Source: an uncultured Gammaproteobacteria bacterium (GTDB lineage: Bacteria; Patescibacteriota; Microgenomatia; CAZETR01; Amesbacteraceae). From it: 64,000 nt of DNA. Position 1 is the stretch's first letter. Every line of letters begins with the position of its first letter. Of the stretch, positions 10,071 to 19,811 are shown one piece after another. The DNA lies in the NCBI GenBank assembly GCA_964502885.1, contig CAZCXU010000001.1:17994-81993 (forward strand), read 5' to 3'. Below the pieces are notes generated by a model. The model did not search any database and was not told the origin of the DNA. It worked only from the letters and a program-made list of their open reading frames with translations. The translations under genes were made by a program, and so were the position numbers.

Positions 10071-10994
10071 TTAAGGAAGCATGGGCCCTTTGAAAACTTT
10101 GGGCTCATACCAATCTGCTGGAGGCTTACTAAGCGGCGGAGGTGGCTCAACTGCAGGAGCTGAATCGGTGCCATATCCTTGAAAACTGGAAACTACGGGC
10201 GGGGGTGTAGGCACTGAATGAAGTGTAGGAATAGATCCGACAGGATAGTCAGAGGGTGACAACTCGGAGTGTCTGACCGCACCATGATTCATCAGCAAGA
10301 AAGCGGCTTCGAAAGTGGAGGCAGTGACCTGATGATGAGTGAAGTTTCGGGTTGCTTTTTCGATACCTGCGAGTAAGTTGGTAGCGGAATCTGCGTCAAA
10401 CGCCAGTCCCAAATCTTTGGCTATATGGGCAACAACCTGAGATAGTGATGGGGAGGAAACGTCATGGAAATGATGGTTTGCGATTGGTTGAAACGACTCT
10501 TCATGGGAAATAGAGACAGATTGGACTCCGGCAGCGTGTTCATTGATCTGGGCAGCTATGGGACCCAGATCCTGGTGACTTTTGACTCCCAGGTAGACCA
10601 CCAAATCAGTTTTACTGGATCCGGCGACAAACTTGAGCTTCTGGTAATCCAAATCCGGGGCTGTATTTTTGGGGGTGATAACCAACTGCAACTCCCCTTT
10701 TTCGAGATTGTAACTCACCTTGTCGACGTGTTCGGTCTGACCAGGAAAAGAAATGACCAGGTTGCGACCCCCAAAAGTGTCAACAACCGTATCTATGCCT
10801 ACTAATCGATTGAATTCGACCAAGACAGCATCGGGGCTGACTACGCGAGTTTGTTTACCGGAATGGTCCAATACCAATTTCAATCCAAGCGAGGCGGCTA
10901 CAATATCAAAGCTGGCGCGCTGGGGTAAAACGAGGCTAATATGGTTTGAAGCTTCAAAGAGACTCCGAAGCGGGGAGAGATCATTTGCGAGCAT
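10071..10994 (-). CDS. NrnA/DHH-family-like protein with degenerate catalytic motifs and a Pro-rich C-terminal tail
   Basis: 307 aa. Order and spacing follow DHH/DHHA1 phosphoesterases, e.g. SATNLLAGIEKATRNFTH vs NrnA AELIYAGIVGDTGRF. The DxD, D and DHH motif positions read QRASFD, G and SHE. The C-terminal roughly 60 aa are Pro-rich. The position between infB and rpsO is typical of the nusA-infB-rbfA-truB neighbourhood. rbfA and truB are absent. Confidence 0.5.
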   Translation of the reverse strand: MLANDLSPLRSLFEASNHISLVLPQRASFDIVAASLGLKLVLDHSGKQTRVVSPDAVLVEFNRLVGIDTVVDTFGGRNLVISFPGQTEHVDKVSYNLEKGELQLVITPKNTAPDLDYQKLKFVAGSSKTDLVVYLGVKSHQDLGPIAAQINEHAAGVQSVSISHEESFQPIANHHFHDVSSPSLSQVVAHIAKDLGLAFDADSATNLLAGIEKATRNFTHHQVTASTFEAAFLLMNHGAVRHSELSPSDYPVGSIPTLHSVPTPPPVVSSFQGYGTDSAPAVEPPPPLSKPPADWYEPKVFKGPMLP

Positions 10995-10997
10995 AGA

Positions 10998-12398
10998 TTA
11001 TCCTGTAGTCGCGATTATATCGTCCCCGATCTTAAAGTCAACAAAGGGGCTGAACACGGCCCCAAATTCTGTGCCGATCTTTACCCTTTCGACTATCGTC
11101 TTGCCCTGGCGGAGAGAGCGGATTTTGGTCTTGCCAATGAGCTGTCCTGCTCGTTCTACTCTGATGAAACTTCCCTTTTCGATGGCTCCTTCGGTGCACT
11201 TACAGCCGGCAATTTTTTCGGATTCGATTTTGAAATCAGCGAGTACTTTTGCTTTGCCAAGAATCTGCTCAGTACTCACCGGGTGCAACTTTTTATCCAG
11301 ATAGTCAAAGAGTTCGTAAATAATACGGAATGTCGAAATACTGACTTTTTCGGACTCAGCAAGCTTGGCAACTCCCGAGGGAGTGCGAACATTGAAACCG
11401 AGAACTTCGGATCCGGAAGTGCGAGCAAGCATGATGTCATTTTCGGAAATGTCACCAGTACCGGAAGACACTATGGTGACGTCTGAGGGTAAACCGGCCA
11501 GAATTGCTTCCAGTGATCCGGCGACATCTGCTTTGATAATGAGATTCAATTTGGATCCACGAACAGAACCACCTGATGATCTGGGAGCGTTGGCTAAATT
11601 TACGGAGGATTGCAATGGGTGGTTGGAAATCTGGCTGCCTACTTCAATCACATGAGCCAACCCAAGAATTTCTACCGGCTGAGACGGCAAAGCAACGGAA
11701 ACAGTCTTGCCATCTGAATCTATGATGGCGCGAGCTTTTCCTATCGAATTGGTCTGAAAAACCTCTTGGCCAGTGTGTAATGATCCATTTTTGATAATTA
11801 AAGTTGCTAATGGGCCCTTTTTTGAGTCCATGCGGCTTTCTAGTACTGTAGCCTCCAGATCCGCGTCCGAATCGGCCATTGCCGGATTTAAACTATTTAT
11901 TAAAGTGATTATCTCTAAAAGATCGGGGACGCCCTGACCAGTCTTGGCGGAAATCTTTACTGCCGGAACACCACCACCAAAAGATTCAACCAGTACCCCA
12001 TCTTCGGCAAGCTGGGTAAGAACCCGGTCAGGATCTGCCGATGGGACATCAATCTTGTTGAGAGCAACTATGAAAGATAATCCAGACTCTTTGATAAAGG
12101 ATATTGATTGCCTGGTCTGGGGCATAACCCCGTCGTCTGCGGCGACTACCAATACGGCAATATCGGCAACCCGACTTCCACGGTGGCGCATTTCGGAAAA
12201 CGCCTGGTGACCTGGAGTGTCAATGAAAGTAACCGAAGTGGAACCGGGAAGTTCTAACTGAAAGGAGCGGATGTGCTGAGTGATGCCACCAGATTCGCGA
12301 GCGGCTACATTGGACTTTCTCAGATAATCCAGCAATGTAGTCTTGCCGTGATCTACATGGCCTAATATTACAACTATCGGCGGTCTAACGCTTTGCAT
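10998..12398 (-). CDS. infB: Translation initiation factor IF-2, short form that starts at the G domain
   Basis: 466 aa. [24 protein letters not shown]1 motif at the N-terminus, DTPGH, NKID, and a C-terminal beta-barrel. No N-terminal extension. Confidence 0.9.
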   Translation of the reverse strand: MQSVRPPIVVILGHVDHGKTTLLDYLRKSNVAARESGGITQHIRSFQLELPGSTSVTFIDTPGHQAFSEMRHRGSRVADIAVLVVAADDGVMPQTRQSISFIKESGLSFIVALNKIDVPSADPDRVLTQLAEDGVLVESFGGGVPAVKISAKTGQGVPDLLEIITLINSLNPAMADSDADLEATVLESRMDSKKGPLATLIIKNGSLHTGQEVFQTNSIGKARAIIDSDGKTVSVALPSQPVEILGLAHVIEVGSQISNHPLQSSVNLANAPRSSGGSVRGSKLNLIIKADVAGSLEAILAGLPSDVTIVSSGTGDISENDIMLARTSGSEVLGFNVRTPSGVAKLAESEKVSISTFRIIYELFDYLDKKLHPVSTEQILGKAKVLADFKIESEKIAGCKCTEGAIEKGSFIRVERAGQLIGKTKIRSLRQGKTIVERVKIGTEFGAVFSPFVDFKIGDDIIATTG

Positions 12399-12474
12399 TT
12401 GTGGAAACTAATTTGTTTTTAATAATTATTCCTAAGCTACAAACTCCAAACAAGGCAAGGTACCGTCGGTATAT

Positions 12475-13590
12475 TTAAATTGTCTCGTTTGACGTGGGGG
12501 CTTCGGAAGCAGCGATGGGGGCATTTTTGTCTTCGGAGACTTCGATGTGATAGCCCGTGAGCTTGCCAGCGAGTTTGGCGTTTTCTCCGTTGCGTCCGAT
12601 GGCTAAGGGCAGCTGGTCTGCCGGAACAAAAACGATCGCAGTCATGGTTTTTTCGTCAATCTTTACAGATATGTTGGCTGCTGGGGCAAGGGCAGATGCG
12701 ATGAATTTTTCGGGGTCTGTATTGTATTGGACGATATCTAATTTCTCTCCGTTTAGCTCACCAATGACAGCCTGAACACGAACACCCTTTTGACCTACAC
12801 AGGATCCAACAGGATCAACACCCGACTGAGTGGAGTAAACGGCAATTTTTGTGCGAGACCCCGGGTCTCGGGCAACGGCCTTGATTTCTACGGAGCCGGA
12901 ACTGACCTCGGGAACTTCACGACGAAATAGCTCTTTGATTAGGTTGTTGTCCGCACGAGAAACAACGACCTCTCGACCACGAACTGTGTCGCGAATGGTC
13001 TGAAGTAAGACAGTAAGACGCTGGTTGAGGTGATAATTTTCGGAGTGGATCTGTTCTGAGGGGGGCATGACGGCTTCAGCCTTGCCAACATCGATAATAA
13101 TGTCGCTACCCACAAAGCGAATAACCATACCTGTGGCCAATGTACCAAGGCGTCTTTCGTACTCGGCGACCACCACTGATTTTTCAGCTTCGCGAATTTT
13201 TTGCAAAATAACTTGTTTGGCGGTCTGGGCGGCAATGCGGCCGAACCCGGGAGGAGTGACATCCGTCTTTTTTGCGCCGGCTTTGGGAGTGAGAGTTACC
13301 TGACCTTCGACTTCAGATGTAGTCGTATCGGCTTCCATTTCGTAAATCTGAGCTTCACCTGTACCCGAATCTAGTTGAACTTCGTAATAATGATCTTCCT
13401 TATAATTTGCCGGGTAGTCTTTTTTAAAAGCAGCAAGAATTGCCTGCTTGATAGTATCCAGGACAACTTGGGGATCAATATTGCGTTCGTGGGCCACCTG
13501 ATTAAGAGCAGCTGAAAACTCAGTGCGAGGAGTGTTGGTGGTGGGACTGCTACGCATTTTTAAAAAAATGGCGGGATACTTTCCCACCAT
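12475..13590 (-). CDS. nusA: Transcription termination/antitermination factor NusA
   Basis: 371 aa. N-terminal RNAP-binding domain, S1 and two KH domains (GRNGENAKLAGKLTGYHIEV). An alternative start at ATG 13557 is possible. Confidence 0.9.
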   Translation of the reverse strand: MVGKYPAIFLKMRSSPTTNTPRTEFSAALNQVAHERNIDPQVVLDTIKQAILAAFKKDYPANYKEDHYYEVQLDSGTGEAQIYEMEADTTTSEVEGQVTLTPKAGAKKTDVTPPGFGRIAAQTAKQVILQKIREAEKSVVVAEYERRLGTLATGMVIRFVGSDIIIDVGKAEAVMPPSEQIHSENYHLNQRLTVLLQTIRDTVRGREVVVSRADNNLIKELFRREVPEVSSGSVEIKAVARDPGSRTKIAVYSTQSGVDPVGSCVGQKGVRVQAVIGELNGEKLDIVQYNTDPEKFIASALAPAANISVKIDEKTMTAIVFVPADQLPLAIGRNGENAKLAGKLTGYHIEVSEDKNAPIAASEAPTSNETI

Positions 13591-13619
13591 TAATAAGGGA
13601 TTTAAACATCCGCATTATA

Positions 13620-14504
13620 TCAAGATCGAGCGAATTCTTCCAGAAGCTGTTTTTGACGACGGTTGAGATTATCGGGAATTTTTATCACTAAATGAATGTA
13701 AAAATCCCCGCGATCATTTTTTGAGAAAGATGAAAGCCGGGCAATCCCCTTACCGGTAAGTCGAACCGTTGTGTTTGGCTGAGTTCCCGGACGGATCTTG
13801 ATCTTTAAATCTCCGTCCAATGTAGTCACGGAGACCTCGCCACCCAAAACAGCTGCCGTGAAAGGGATTTCCTGATTGACGTGGACATCTGCACCATCAC
13901 GTGTGAAGTGGGAATGAGGTTCCACTTCGAATGTAACATCAAAATCAGAGAAACGCAGGTGAGTGCCCGTGTCAGCACCGGCAGGGATTTTGATAGTGTG
14001 AGACTTACCATTGATCTCGACTTTTTGGGTACCACCTTTGACTGCGGTCAGAAATGGAATTCGCAGTGAGTAGTGGGCTTTGCGTGAACCGGCACGCCCA
14101 AAAGGATTACCCCCCCCGCCAAAAAACTGCTCGAAAATATCAAATGGATCTGAAAAACCCCCCATATCACCAAAGGGGTTTTGACCAGGAGTGCTGGAAT
14201 AGTAATAGGTATGCGAGCCAGCGCGACCACCTCCCCCGAAGCCAGAGAATGGGTTCCCTCCTGCTCCACCAAAGGAGGGGTCAAACGCAGCATGGCCAAA
14301 CTGATCATATGTGGAACGTTTCTTGGCATCTGAGAGAACCTGATAGGCTTCGTTGATTTCCTTAAATTTGCTTTCGGATTCGGCCGATTTATTGCGATCT
14401 GGATGCCACTGCAGAGCCAGCTTACGATAGGCGGTTTTGAGTTCCTGAGCCGTAGCGGATTTGGAAACGCCAAGAATATCATAGTAATCACGCTTGGTAG
14501 CCAT
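13620..14504 (-). CDS. dnaJ: J-domain chaperone DnaJ/CbpA type, without the Cys-rich zinc-finger domain
   Basis: 294 aa. [40 protein letters not shown] domain with HPD. A Gly/Phe-rich linker follows. There are no CxxCxGxG repeats. C-terminal substrate-binding domains are present. Confidence 0.85.
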   Translation of the reverse strand: MATKRDYYDILGVSKSATAQELKTAYRKLALQWHPDRNKSAESESKFKEINEAYQVLSDAKKRSTYDQFGHAAFDPSFGGAGGNPFSGFGGGGRAGSHTYYYSSTPGQNPFGDMGGFSDPFDIFEQFFGGGGNPFGRAGSRKAHYSLRIPFLTAVKGGTQKVEINGKSHTIKIPAGADTGTHLRFSDFDVTFEVEPHSHFTRDGADVHVNQEIPFTAAVLGGEVSVTTLDGDLKIKIRPGTQPNTTVRLTGKGIARLSSFSKNDRGDFYIHLVIKIPDNLNRRQKQLLEEFARS

Positions 14505-14516
14505 ATTATTTTTGTT

Positions 14517-14543
14517 TTGGCAATTTTACAATGCGAGTGCTAA
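14517..14543. promoter_or_regulatory. CIRCE-like HrcA operator, 13 nt upstream of the dnaJ start codon. One half-site is perfect (GAGTGCTAA) and one is degenerate (TTGGCAATT).
   Basis: On the + strand, TTGGCAATT-N9-GAGTGCTAA, compared with CIRCE TTAGCACTC-N9-GAGTGCTAA. The right half-site is identical to the one in front of hrcA in this window. Confidence 0.45.
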
Positions 14544-14647
14544 TAATCCAATACCTTTCTATATTGCCACTTCCAAACATGATGACCATACACATCACAC
14601 AAAAATCTGAAATTTTTGTTTCGTGCCCACCAAAGCCATATATGGGA

Positions 14648-14676
14648 TTGTGGCAAATAGAAGATTCTGTTACAAT
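14648..14676 (+). promoter_or_regulatory. Sigma70-like promoter for fusA-tuf (TTGTGG-N17-TACAAT)
   Basis: TTGTGG at 14648-53, a 17-nt spacer, and TACAAT at 14671-76, about 28 nt upstream of the fusA ATG. Confidence 0.4.
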
Positions 14677-14704
14677 TTGCATCTGACGCTTTCGTCTTTT
14701 TTTT

Positions 14705-16843
14705 ATGGCCGACGTAAAAACTACTAATCGAAATGTCCCGCTAGATCGGGTACGAAACATTGGAATCATTGCCCATATTGATGCTGGAAAGACGACAACC
14801 TCTGAGCGAATTTTGTACTATACCGGAAAAAGCTACAAGATCGGGGATATTGATGATGGTGATACACAAATGGACTGGATGGAGCAGGAAAAAGAGAGAG
14901 GAATCACCATCGTATCTGCAGCAACAACAACTTTTTGGACTGTGCAAGACCCACATTCTCCAGTCCCCCACGCTTCGTACCGAATCAATTTGATCGATAC
15001 ACCAGGTCATGTGGATTTCACTGCGGAAGTCGAGCGATCATTGCGAGTACTGGATGGAGCTGTGACCGTGTTGGATGCGGAAGAAACCGTGCAATCGCAG
15101 ACTGAGACCGTGTGGAGACAGGCAGATAAATATAAGGTGCCGCGAATCATATTTGTAAATAAGAATGACAAATTGGGAGCTAACTTTGAAGGAACAATTA
15201 AAGCAGTGATCGACAGATTGGGAGCCAACCCAGCAGTGATGGCTTATCCTATTGGAGCCGAACACTCTTTTAAGGGCGTAGTTCTCCTCCTGGAAAGAAA
15301 AGCTTTGGTGTGGCAGGGAGACGAAACAGGAGCTAAGTATACGGAAGAAGAAGTCTCTGCTGATATGACTGAGAAAGTTGAGCAATGGAGAGCTAAGTTA
15401 GTGGAACAAATATGCGAAACAGACGACGCGCTTCTAGAAAAGTTTCTATCAGGCGAAGAACCCAGCATTCCAGAAATGAAAGAGGCTTTGAGGCGGGCCG
15501 TCATTGCCTATAAATTGGTACCGGTGTACTGCGGCGCTTCTTTAAGAAATAAGGGGGTACAGCCTGTGCTGGACGCCATCGTGGAATACCTGCCGAGCCC
15601 AGTGGATATGGATCATGTGACCGGCACGAATCCGCAAACGGGAGAAGAAGTAAAACGTAAGACTACTAATGAAGAAACTTTGTCGGGACTGGCCTTTAAG
15701 ATCCAAACCGATCCACATGTAGGCCGACTGACTTACTATAGAATCTACTCTGGGACTTTGACAGCCGGCCAATCAATTTATAACGCCTCGAAGCAAAAAG
15801 AGGAACGTGTGTCACGAATGCTTTTGATGCATGCCAACAAACGGGAAGAAATCGATAAGGCCTTCGCTGGGGAAATCGTGGCTTTGGTTGGGCTTAAAGA
15901 AACAACCACCGGAAACACGTTGTGTGATAGATCCAATCCGATTCTTTTGGAGTCAATCAGTTTTCCAGAACCAGTCATTTCACTAGCTATTGAGCCTAAA
16001 ACCAAATCTGACCAGGAGAAGATGGGATATGCCTTGGCTAAATTGTCGGATGAAGATCCAACTTTTATGATAAAGACTAACCATGAAACGGGTCAAACTA
16101 TTGTGGCGGGAATGGGTGAATTGCATTTGGAAATTATCGTGGATCGCATGAAGCGAGAATTTGGCGTAGAAGCAACAACAGGAGCGCCACAGGTTGCATA
16201 TAAAGAAACCATTAAGAAACTTACTGAGGGCGAGGGAAAATACATTCGACAATCTGGCGGTCGCGGGCAATATGGCCACTGTCTCATCAGAATGGAACCG
16301 CTACCCAGAGGATCGGGGTACGAGTGGGTAAACGCAATTAAAGGTGGTGCCATTCCGGGAGAATTCATTGCACCTATTGAAAAGGGTATTAAAGAAGCTA
16401 TGGAAAATGGAGCTTTGGCCGGTTTTCCGACAGTAGATGTGAGGGTAACTCTGTACGACGGGTCGTACCATGACGTTGATTCATCAGAAATGGCGTTTAA
16501 GATTGCTGGATCGATGGCTTTCCAGGCTGCAGCTAAACAAGGGGACTTAACACTTCTTGAGCCGGTTATGAAAGTTGAAGTGTCTACTCCTGATGATTTC
16601 ATGGGCGAGGTAATTGGGGACCTGTCTGCGAAAAGGGCACAGATTTTGGGGACCGATAAAAGGGGTCATCTGACAATTGTAAGAGCATATGTGCCTCTGT
16701 CAGAGTTGTCCGGATATGCAACCAGGTTGAGATCACTGACTCAAGGTAGAGCATCATATTATATGGAACCATCACACTATGATGAGGTTCCGCGTAATAT
16801 TGCTGAAGCGGTTGTGGCAAAGAGCGGTAAACATGCCAATTAA
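14705..16843 (+). CDS. fusA: Elongation factor G
   Basis: 712 aa. NIGIIAHIDAGKTTTSERIL, DTPGHVDF, and all five EF-G domains. Confidence 0.95.
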   Translation: MADVKTTNRNVPLDRVRNIGIIAHIDAGKTTTSERILYYTGKSYKIGDIDDGDTQMDWMEQEKERGITIVSAATTTFWTVQDPHSPVPHASYRINLIDTPGHVDFTAEVERSLRVLDGAVTVLDAEETVQSQTETVWRQADKYKVPRIIFVNKNDKLGANFEGTIKAVIDRLGANPAVMAYPIGAEHSFKGVVLLLERKALVWQGDETGAKYTEEEVSADMTEKVEQWRAKLVEQICETDDALLEKFLSGEEPSIPEMKEALRRAVIAYKLVPVYCGASLRNKGVQPVLDAIVEYLPSPVDMDHVTGTNPQTGEEVKRKTTNEETLSGLAFKIQTDPHVGRLTYYRIYSGTLTAGQSIYNASKQKEERVSRMLLMHANKREEIDKAFAGEIVALVGLKETTTGNTLCDRSNPILLESISFPEPVISLAIEPKTKSDQEKMGYALAKLSDEDPTFMIKTNHETGQTIVAGMGELHLEIIVDRMKREFGVEATTGAPQVAYKETIKKLTEGEGKYIRQSGGRGQYGHCLIRMEPLPRGSGYEWVNAIKGGAIPGEFIAPIEKGIKEAMENGALAGFPTVDVRVTLYDGSYHDVDSSEMAFKIAGSMAFQAAAKQGDLTLLEPVMKVEVSTPDDFMGEVIGDLSAKRAQILGTDKRGHLTIVRAYVPLSELSGYATRLRSLTQGRASYYMEPSHYDEVPRNIAEAVVAKSGKHAN

Positions 16844-16859
16844 TGGCATAAAATACCCC

Positions 16860-16888
16860 TTGCATAAATAATTCGCGTCGTTTACAAT
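16860..16888 (+). promoter_or_regulatory. Putative internal promoter upstream of tuf (TTGCAT-N17-TACAAT)
   Basis: TTGCAT at 16860-65, a 17-nt spacer, and TACAAT at 16883-88. AAGGA follows about 20 nt before the tuf ATG. Confidence 0.35.
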
Positions 16889-16927
16889 TTACAAAGTCTA
16901 AATTAAGGACTAATTTTTTTCGCAAAA

Positions 16928-18106
16928 ATGGCAACGTTTGTCCGCAGTAAACCACATGTAAATATCGGAACCATCGGTCACGTTGATCACGGTAAGACCA
17001 CTCTGACTTCCGCCATTACCATGGTATTGTCGAAAAAGGGTTGGGCTACTGCTAAGAAGTACGAAGATATTGATTCTGCACCGGAGGAGAGAGCCCGTGG
17101 AGTTACCATTAATCTTTCGCACCAAGAGTACGAAACTGAAAAAAGACACTATGCGCACATTGATGCTCCAGGTCACGCTGACTATATCAAAAACATGATT
17201 ACCGGAGCTGCTCAGATGGATGGCGCCATATTAGTAGTTTCAGCCCCAGATGGTCCAATGCCACAAACTCGTGAGCACATTTTGTTGGCTAATCAGGTAA
17301 ATGTTCCTGCTATTGTGGTCTTTCTAAATAAGTGCGATATGGTGGATGACGCTCAACTTTTGGATTTAGTTGAAATGGAAGTTCGTGAATTGTTGACAAA
17401 ATATGGTTTCCCTGGTGATGAAGTGCCAATTATAAGAGGTTCTGCTCTAAAAGCCACAGAGGGTGATCCAGAAGCGGAAAAGGCGATTCTTGACCTGATG
17501 GAAAAAGTGGATTCTTATGTTCCAGATCCTGTTCGCCAATTGGACAAGCCGTTTTTAATGCCTGTGGAAGACGTGTTTTCAATTAAAGGACGAGGAACTG
17601 TAGTGACGGGGAGAATTGATCGCGGAATTGTAAAGGTGAATGATACTGTGGAGATTGTCGGTATCAAGCCAACACAGACAACAGTTGTAACTGGTGTGGA
17701 GATGTTTAGAAAGCAATTGGATGAGGGTCAGGCCGGAGACAACGTCGGGCTGCTTCTCAGGGGTATTGATAAAGAAAAGGTAGAACGGGGCCAGGTTATT
17801 GCCAAGGTTGGATCAGTCACTCCACATACTGAGTTTGAAGCTCAGGTGTATATCCTGAAGAAGGAAGAGGGTGGTCGCCATACTTCGTTCTTCTCTGGTT
17901 ATCGCCCACAGTTCTATATTCGCACAACTGATGTAACAGGCGAGGTAACACTAGCTGCCGGTGTGGAAATGGTTATGCCTGGTGATAACGCCAAAATGAC
18001 AATTAAGCTCATTGCTCCAGTAGCTCTTGAAGAAGGTCTGCGATTTGCTATCCGCGAAGGCGGAAAAACTGTTGGAGCCGGTGTGGTAAGCAAGATCATT
18101 AGCTAA
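16928..18106 (+). CDS. tuf: Elongation factor Tu
   Basis: 392 aa. [48 protein letters not shown]. Confidence 0.95.
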   Translation: MATFVRSKPHVNIGTIGHVDHGKTTLTSAITMVLSKKGWATAKKYEDIDSAPEERARGVTINLSHQEYETEKRHYAHIDAPGHADYIKNMITGAAQMDGAILVVSAPDGPMPQTREHILLANQVNVPAIVVFLNKCDMVDDAQLLDLVEMEVRELLTKYGFPGDEVPIIRGSALKATEGDPEAEKAILDLMEKVDSYVPDPVRQLDKPFLMPVEDVFSIKGRGTVVTGRIDRGIVKVNDTVEIVGIKPTQTTVVTGVEMFRKQLDEGQAGDNVGLLLRGIDKEKVERGQVIAKVGSVTPHTEFEAQVYILKKEEGGRHTSFFSGYRPQFYIRTTDVTGEVTLAAGVEMVMPGDNAKMTIKLIAPVALEEGLRFAIREGGKTVGAGVVSKIIS

Positions 18107-18108
18107 TT

Positions 18109-18153
18109 GCCCGATCAGCTGGTGAGATGGGTTTAACGGTTCGGGCGTTTTTT
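18109..18153 (+). terminator. Possible intrinsic terminator after tuf (GCCCGA...TCGGGC stem followed by a T-run)
   Basis: GCCCGA at 18109-14 pairs with TCGGGC at 18141-46. The 26-nt loop contains a CAGCTG palindrome. TTTTTT follows at 18148-53. The long loop lowers confidence. Confidence 0.3.
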
Positions 18154-18163
18154 GTACATTAAT

Positions 18164-18472
18164 ATGGCAAAGGGAAGACTAAGAGTAAAACTAAAATCAT
18201 TTGACCATCGCGTCCTCGATGAGGCTGCTGCTAAGATATTGGAAGCCGCGTTTTCAACAGGAGCCAAAGTAGTTGGCCCAGTTCCCTTGCCTACTGATAG
18301 AAAATTGATAGTTGTAACAACTTCACCCCATGTAGATAAGAATGCCCGGGATCATTATGAAATGTTGGTTCATAAGCGACTGGTAGATATTGTGGATCCA
18401 ACTGGGAAAACAATTGATGCCCTGTCACACCTGGACTTGCCTGCGGGTGTGGATATTGAAGTTAAGATGTAA
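18164..18472 (+). CDS. rpsJ: 30S ribosomal protein S10
   Basis: MAKGRLRVKLKSFDHRVLDEAAAKILEAA... The ATG at 18164 matches the canonical S10 N-terminus. The ORF-track start at 18152 is an upstream TTG. Confidence 0.9.
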   Translation: MAKGRLRVKLKSFDHRVLDEAAAKILEAAFSTGAKVVGPVPLPTDRKLIVVTTSPHVDKNARDHYEMLVHKRLVDIVDPTGKTIDALSHLDLPAGVDIEVKM

Positions 18473-18485
18473 TTTGTGTTAAAAT

Positions 18486-18532
18486 AAGCACGTTTTGTAA
18501 GCAGAGAAACTTGCCTGAATTAGTGCTTACAA
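18486..18532 (+). promoter_or_regulatory. Mutually exclusive inverted repeats in the rpsJ-rplC spacer, forming a putative regulatory leader
   Basis: AAGCAC (18487-92) can pair with GTGCTT (18523-28). Alternatively TTGTAAGCA (18495-503) can pair with TGCTTACAA (18524-32). Both use the same right arm, which is an attenuator-like arrangement. Confidence 0.35.
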
Positions 18533-18567
18533 ATCTCGGCAGGCTAATTAGATCAAAATAATTAGAA

Positions 18568-18588
18568 GTGCCTCCGGGCGCTTTTTTT
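18568..18588 (+). terminator. Intrinsic-terminator-like hairpin plus U7 between rpsJ and rplC
   Basis: GUGCC-uccg-GGCGC forms a 5-bp GC-rich stem with one G-U pair and a tetraloop. TTTTTTT follows at 18582-88. It lies inside an otherwise conserved operon. The ORF-track rplC N-extension (GTG 18568) reads through this element. Confidence 0.4.
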
Positions 18589-18630
18589 GTTGAATATATG
18601 ATAAATAGCTTTTTTGCAAAAAAAACCAGA

Positions 18631-19170
18631 ATGACTATGGCCTTCTCCCCATCCGGGGATCAAATTGGCGTCACTGAGCTTTTTGTGCCACAAACCACAG
18701 TAAAGGACTTGCGATCAAAAGAAAAAAATGGATACGCTGCACTGAGATTAGAGATTGCAGACGGAAAAAAAACACTGATTAGAGAGGTGAGATCCGAAGA
18801 TAGTGTTGCGATTGGGACAGAGATAAAGTTTGAGGAAATTCTTAAACCTGGAGACATCGTGTCCGTGTCCGGCATTTCCAAAGGGAAGGGTTTCGCAGGT
18901 GTGGTTAAACGTCATAATTTTAAGGGCGGACCCAGAACTCATGGTCAATCAGATAGGGAAAGGGCTCCAGGAAGCAGTGGCTCAACCACTACACCAGGCC
19001 GAGTTTTTAAGGGAACCCGTAGAGCTGGACACATGGGCAATGTGAGGGTGATGATGAGAGGCCTAAAAGTACATGAGGTGGATGCTGCTAACCATAGAAT
19101 ATTTTTGATCGGATCTATTCCGGGATTTTCCAGAAAGGGTTCATTATTAACTATTAGAAAATCAAAATGA
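18631..19170 (+). CDS. rplC: 50S ribosomal protein L3 with a divergent N-terminus
   Basis: SKGKGFAGVVKRHNFKGGPRTHGQS...TPGRVFKGTRRAGHMGNVRV is the L3 core. The start was placed at ATG 18631 (MTMAFSPSGDQIG...) downstream of the terminator-like element. The usual GMTRIF N-terminal motif is replaced. Confidence 0.75.
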   Translation: MTMAFSPSGDQIGVTELFVPQTTVKDLRSKEKNGYAALRLEIADGKKTLIREVRSEDSVAIGTEIKFEEILKPGDIVSVSGISKGKGFAGVVKRHNFKGGPRTHGQSDRERAPGSSGSTTTPGRVFKGTRRAGHMGNVRVMMRGLKVHEVDAANHRIFLIGSIPGFSRKGSLLTIRKSK

Positions 19171-19811
19171 TTTCAGTAAATTCTTACACAGCAGGAGGAA
19201 AGCTCGGTGATAAAGTAAAGCTTCCCGAAGCAGTTTTTGGAGTTGAGGCTGCGCTTGATACGATTGCCCAGGCAATAAGAGTTTTTTTGGCGAATCAGAG
19301 GTCTGCCCGCGCAAAATCTAAAACCCGCAGTGAAGTTGCGAAGACAACAGCAAAGATGTATAGGCAAAAAGGAACAGGTCGAGCCCGTCACGGATCGTAC
19401 TCAGCACCGATTTTTGTTGGGGGTGGCGTGGCCCACGGACCGACAGGAAGGCAAAATTATAAATTATCAGTTCCAAAGCTTGCAAATAAAATTGCCTTGC
19501 TTGGTGCTCTGTCTATAAAAGCAAAAGGCGGAGAAGTGGCGGTAATTTCAATTAACGACAAGTTGGTGAAAACTAAAGAAGCGGGAGTTATTGTATCTGC
19601 AATAAATGAGAATAAAATGTTAAGAACTTTGGTCGTTGTTTCCAGTCAACAACGCGGGATACTGAAAGCGATGAGAAATCTACCTAAAGTGGAAGTTGTC
19701 ATGCCTAATCAATTGAATACTTATACGGTAGTAAAGAGTTCGAAGGTTTTGTTTACGAATGGCGCAATTGATGAATTAACAAACATATTCGGAGGAAAAA
19801 ATGCTAATTAA
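19167..19811 (+). CDS. rplD: 50S ribosomal protein L4
   Basis: 214 aa. KGTGRARHGS...GGGVAHGP L4 signature. Confidence 0.9.
   Translation: MISVNSYTAGGKLGDKVKLPEAVFGVEAALDTIAQAIRVFLANQRSARAKSKTRSEVAKTTAKMYRQKGTGRARHGSYSAPIFVGGGVAHGPTGRQNYKLSVPKLANKIALLGALSIKAKGGEVAVISINDKLVKTKEAGVIVSAINENKMLRTLVVVSSQQRGILKAMRNLPKVEVVMPNQLNTYTVVKSSKVLFTNGAIDELTNIFGGKNAN

Noticed and set aside
18568-19170. ORF-track 200-aa L3 starting at GTG 18568
   Set aside because: The first 21 codons overlap a terminator-like hairpin and U-run and have no L3 similarity. ATG 18631 was used instead.
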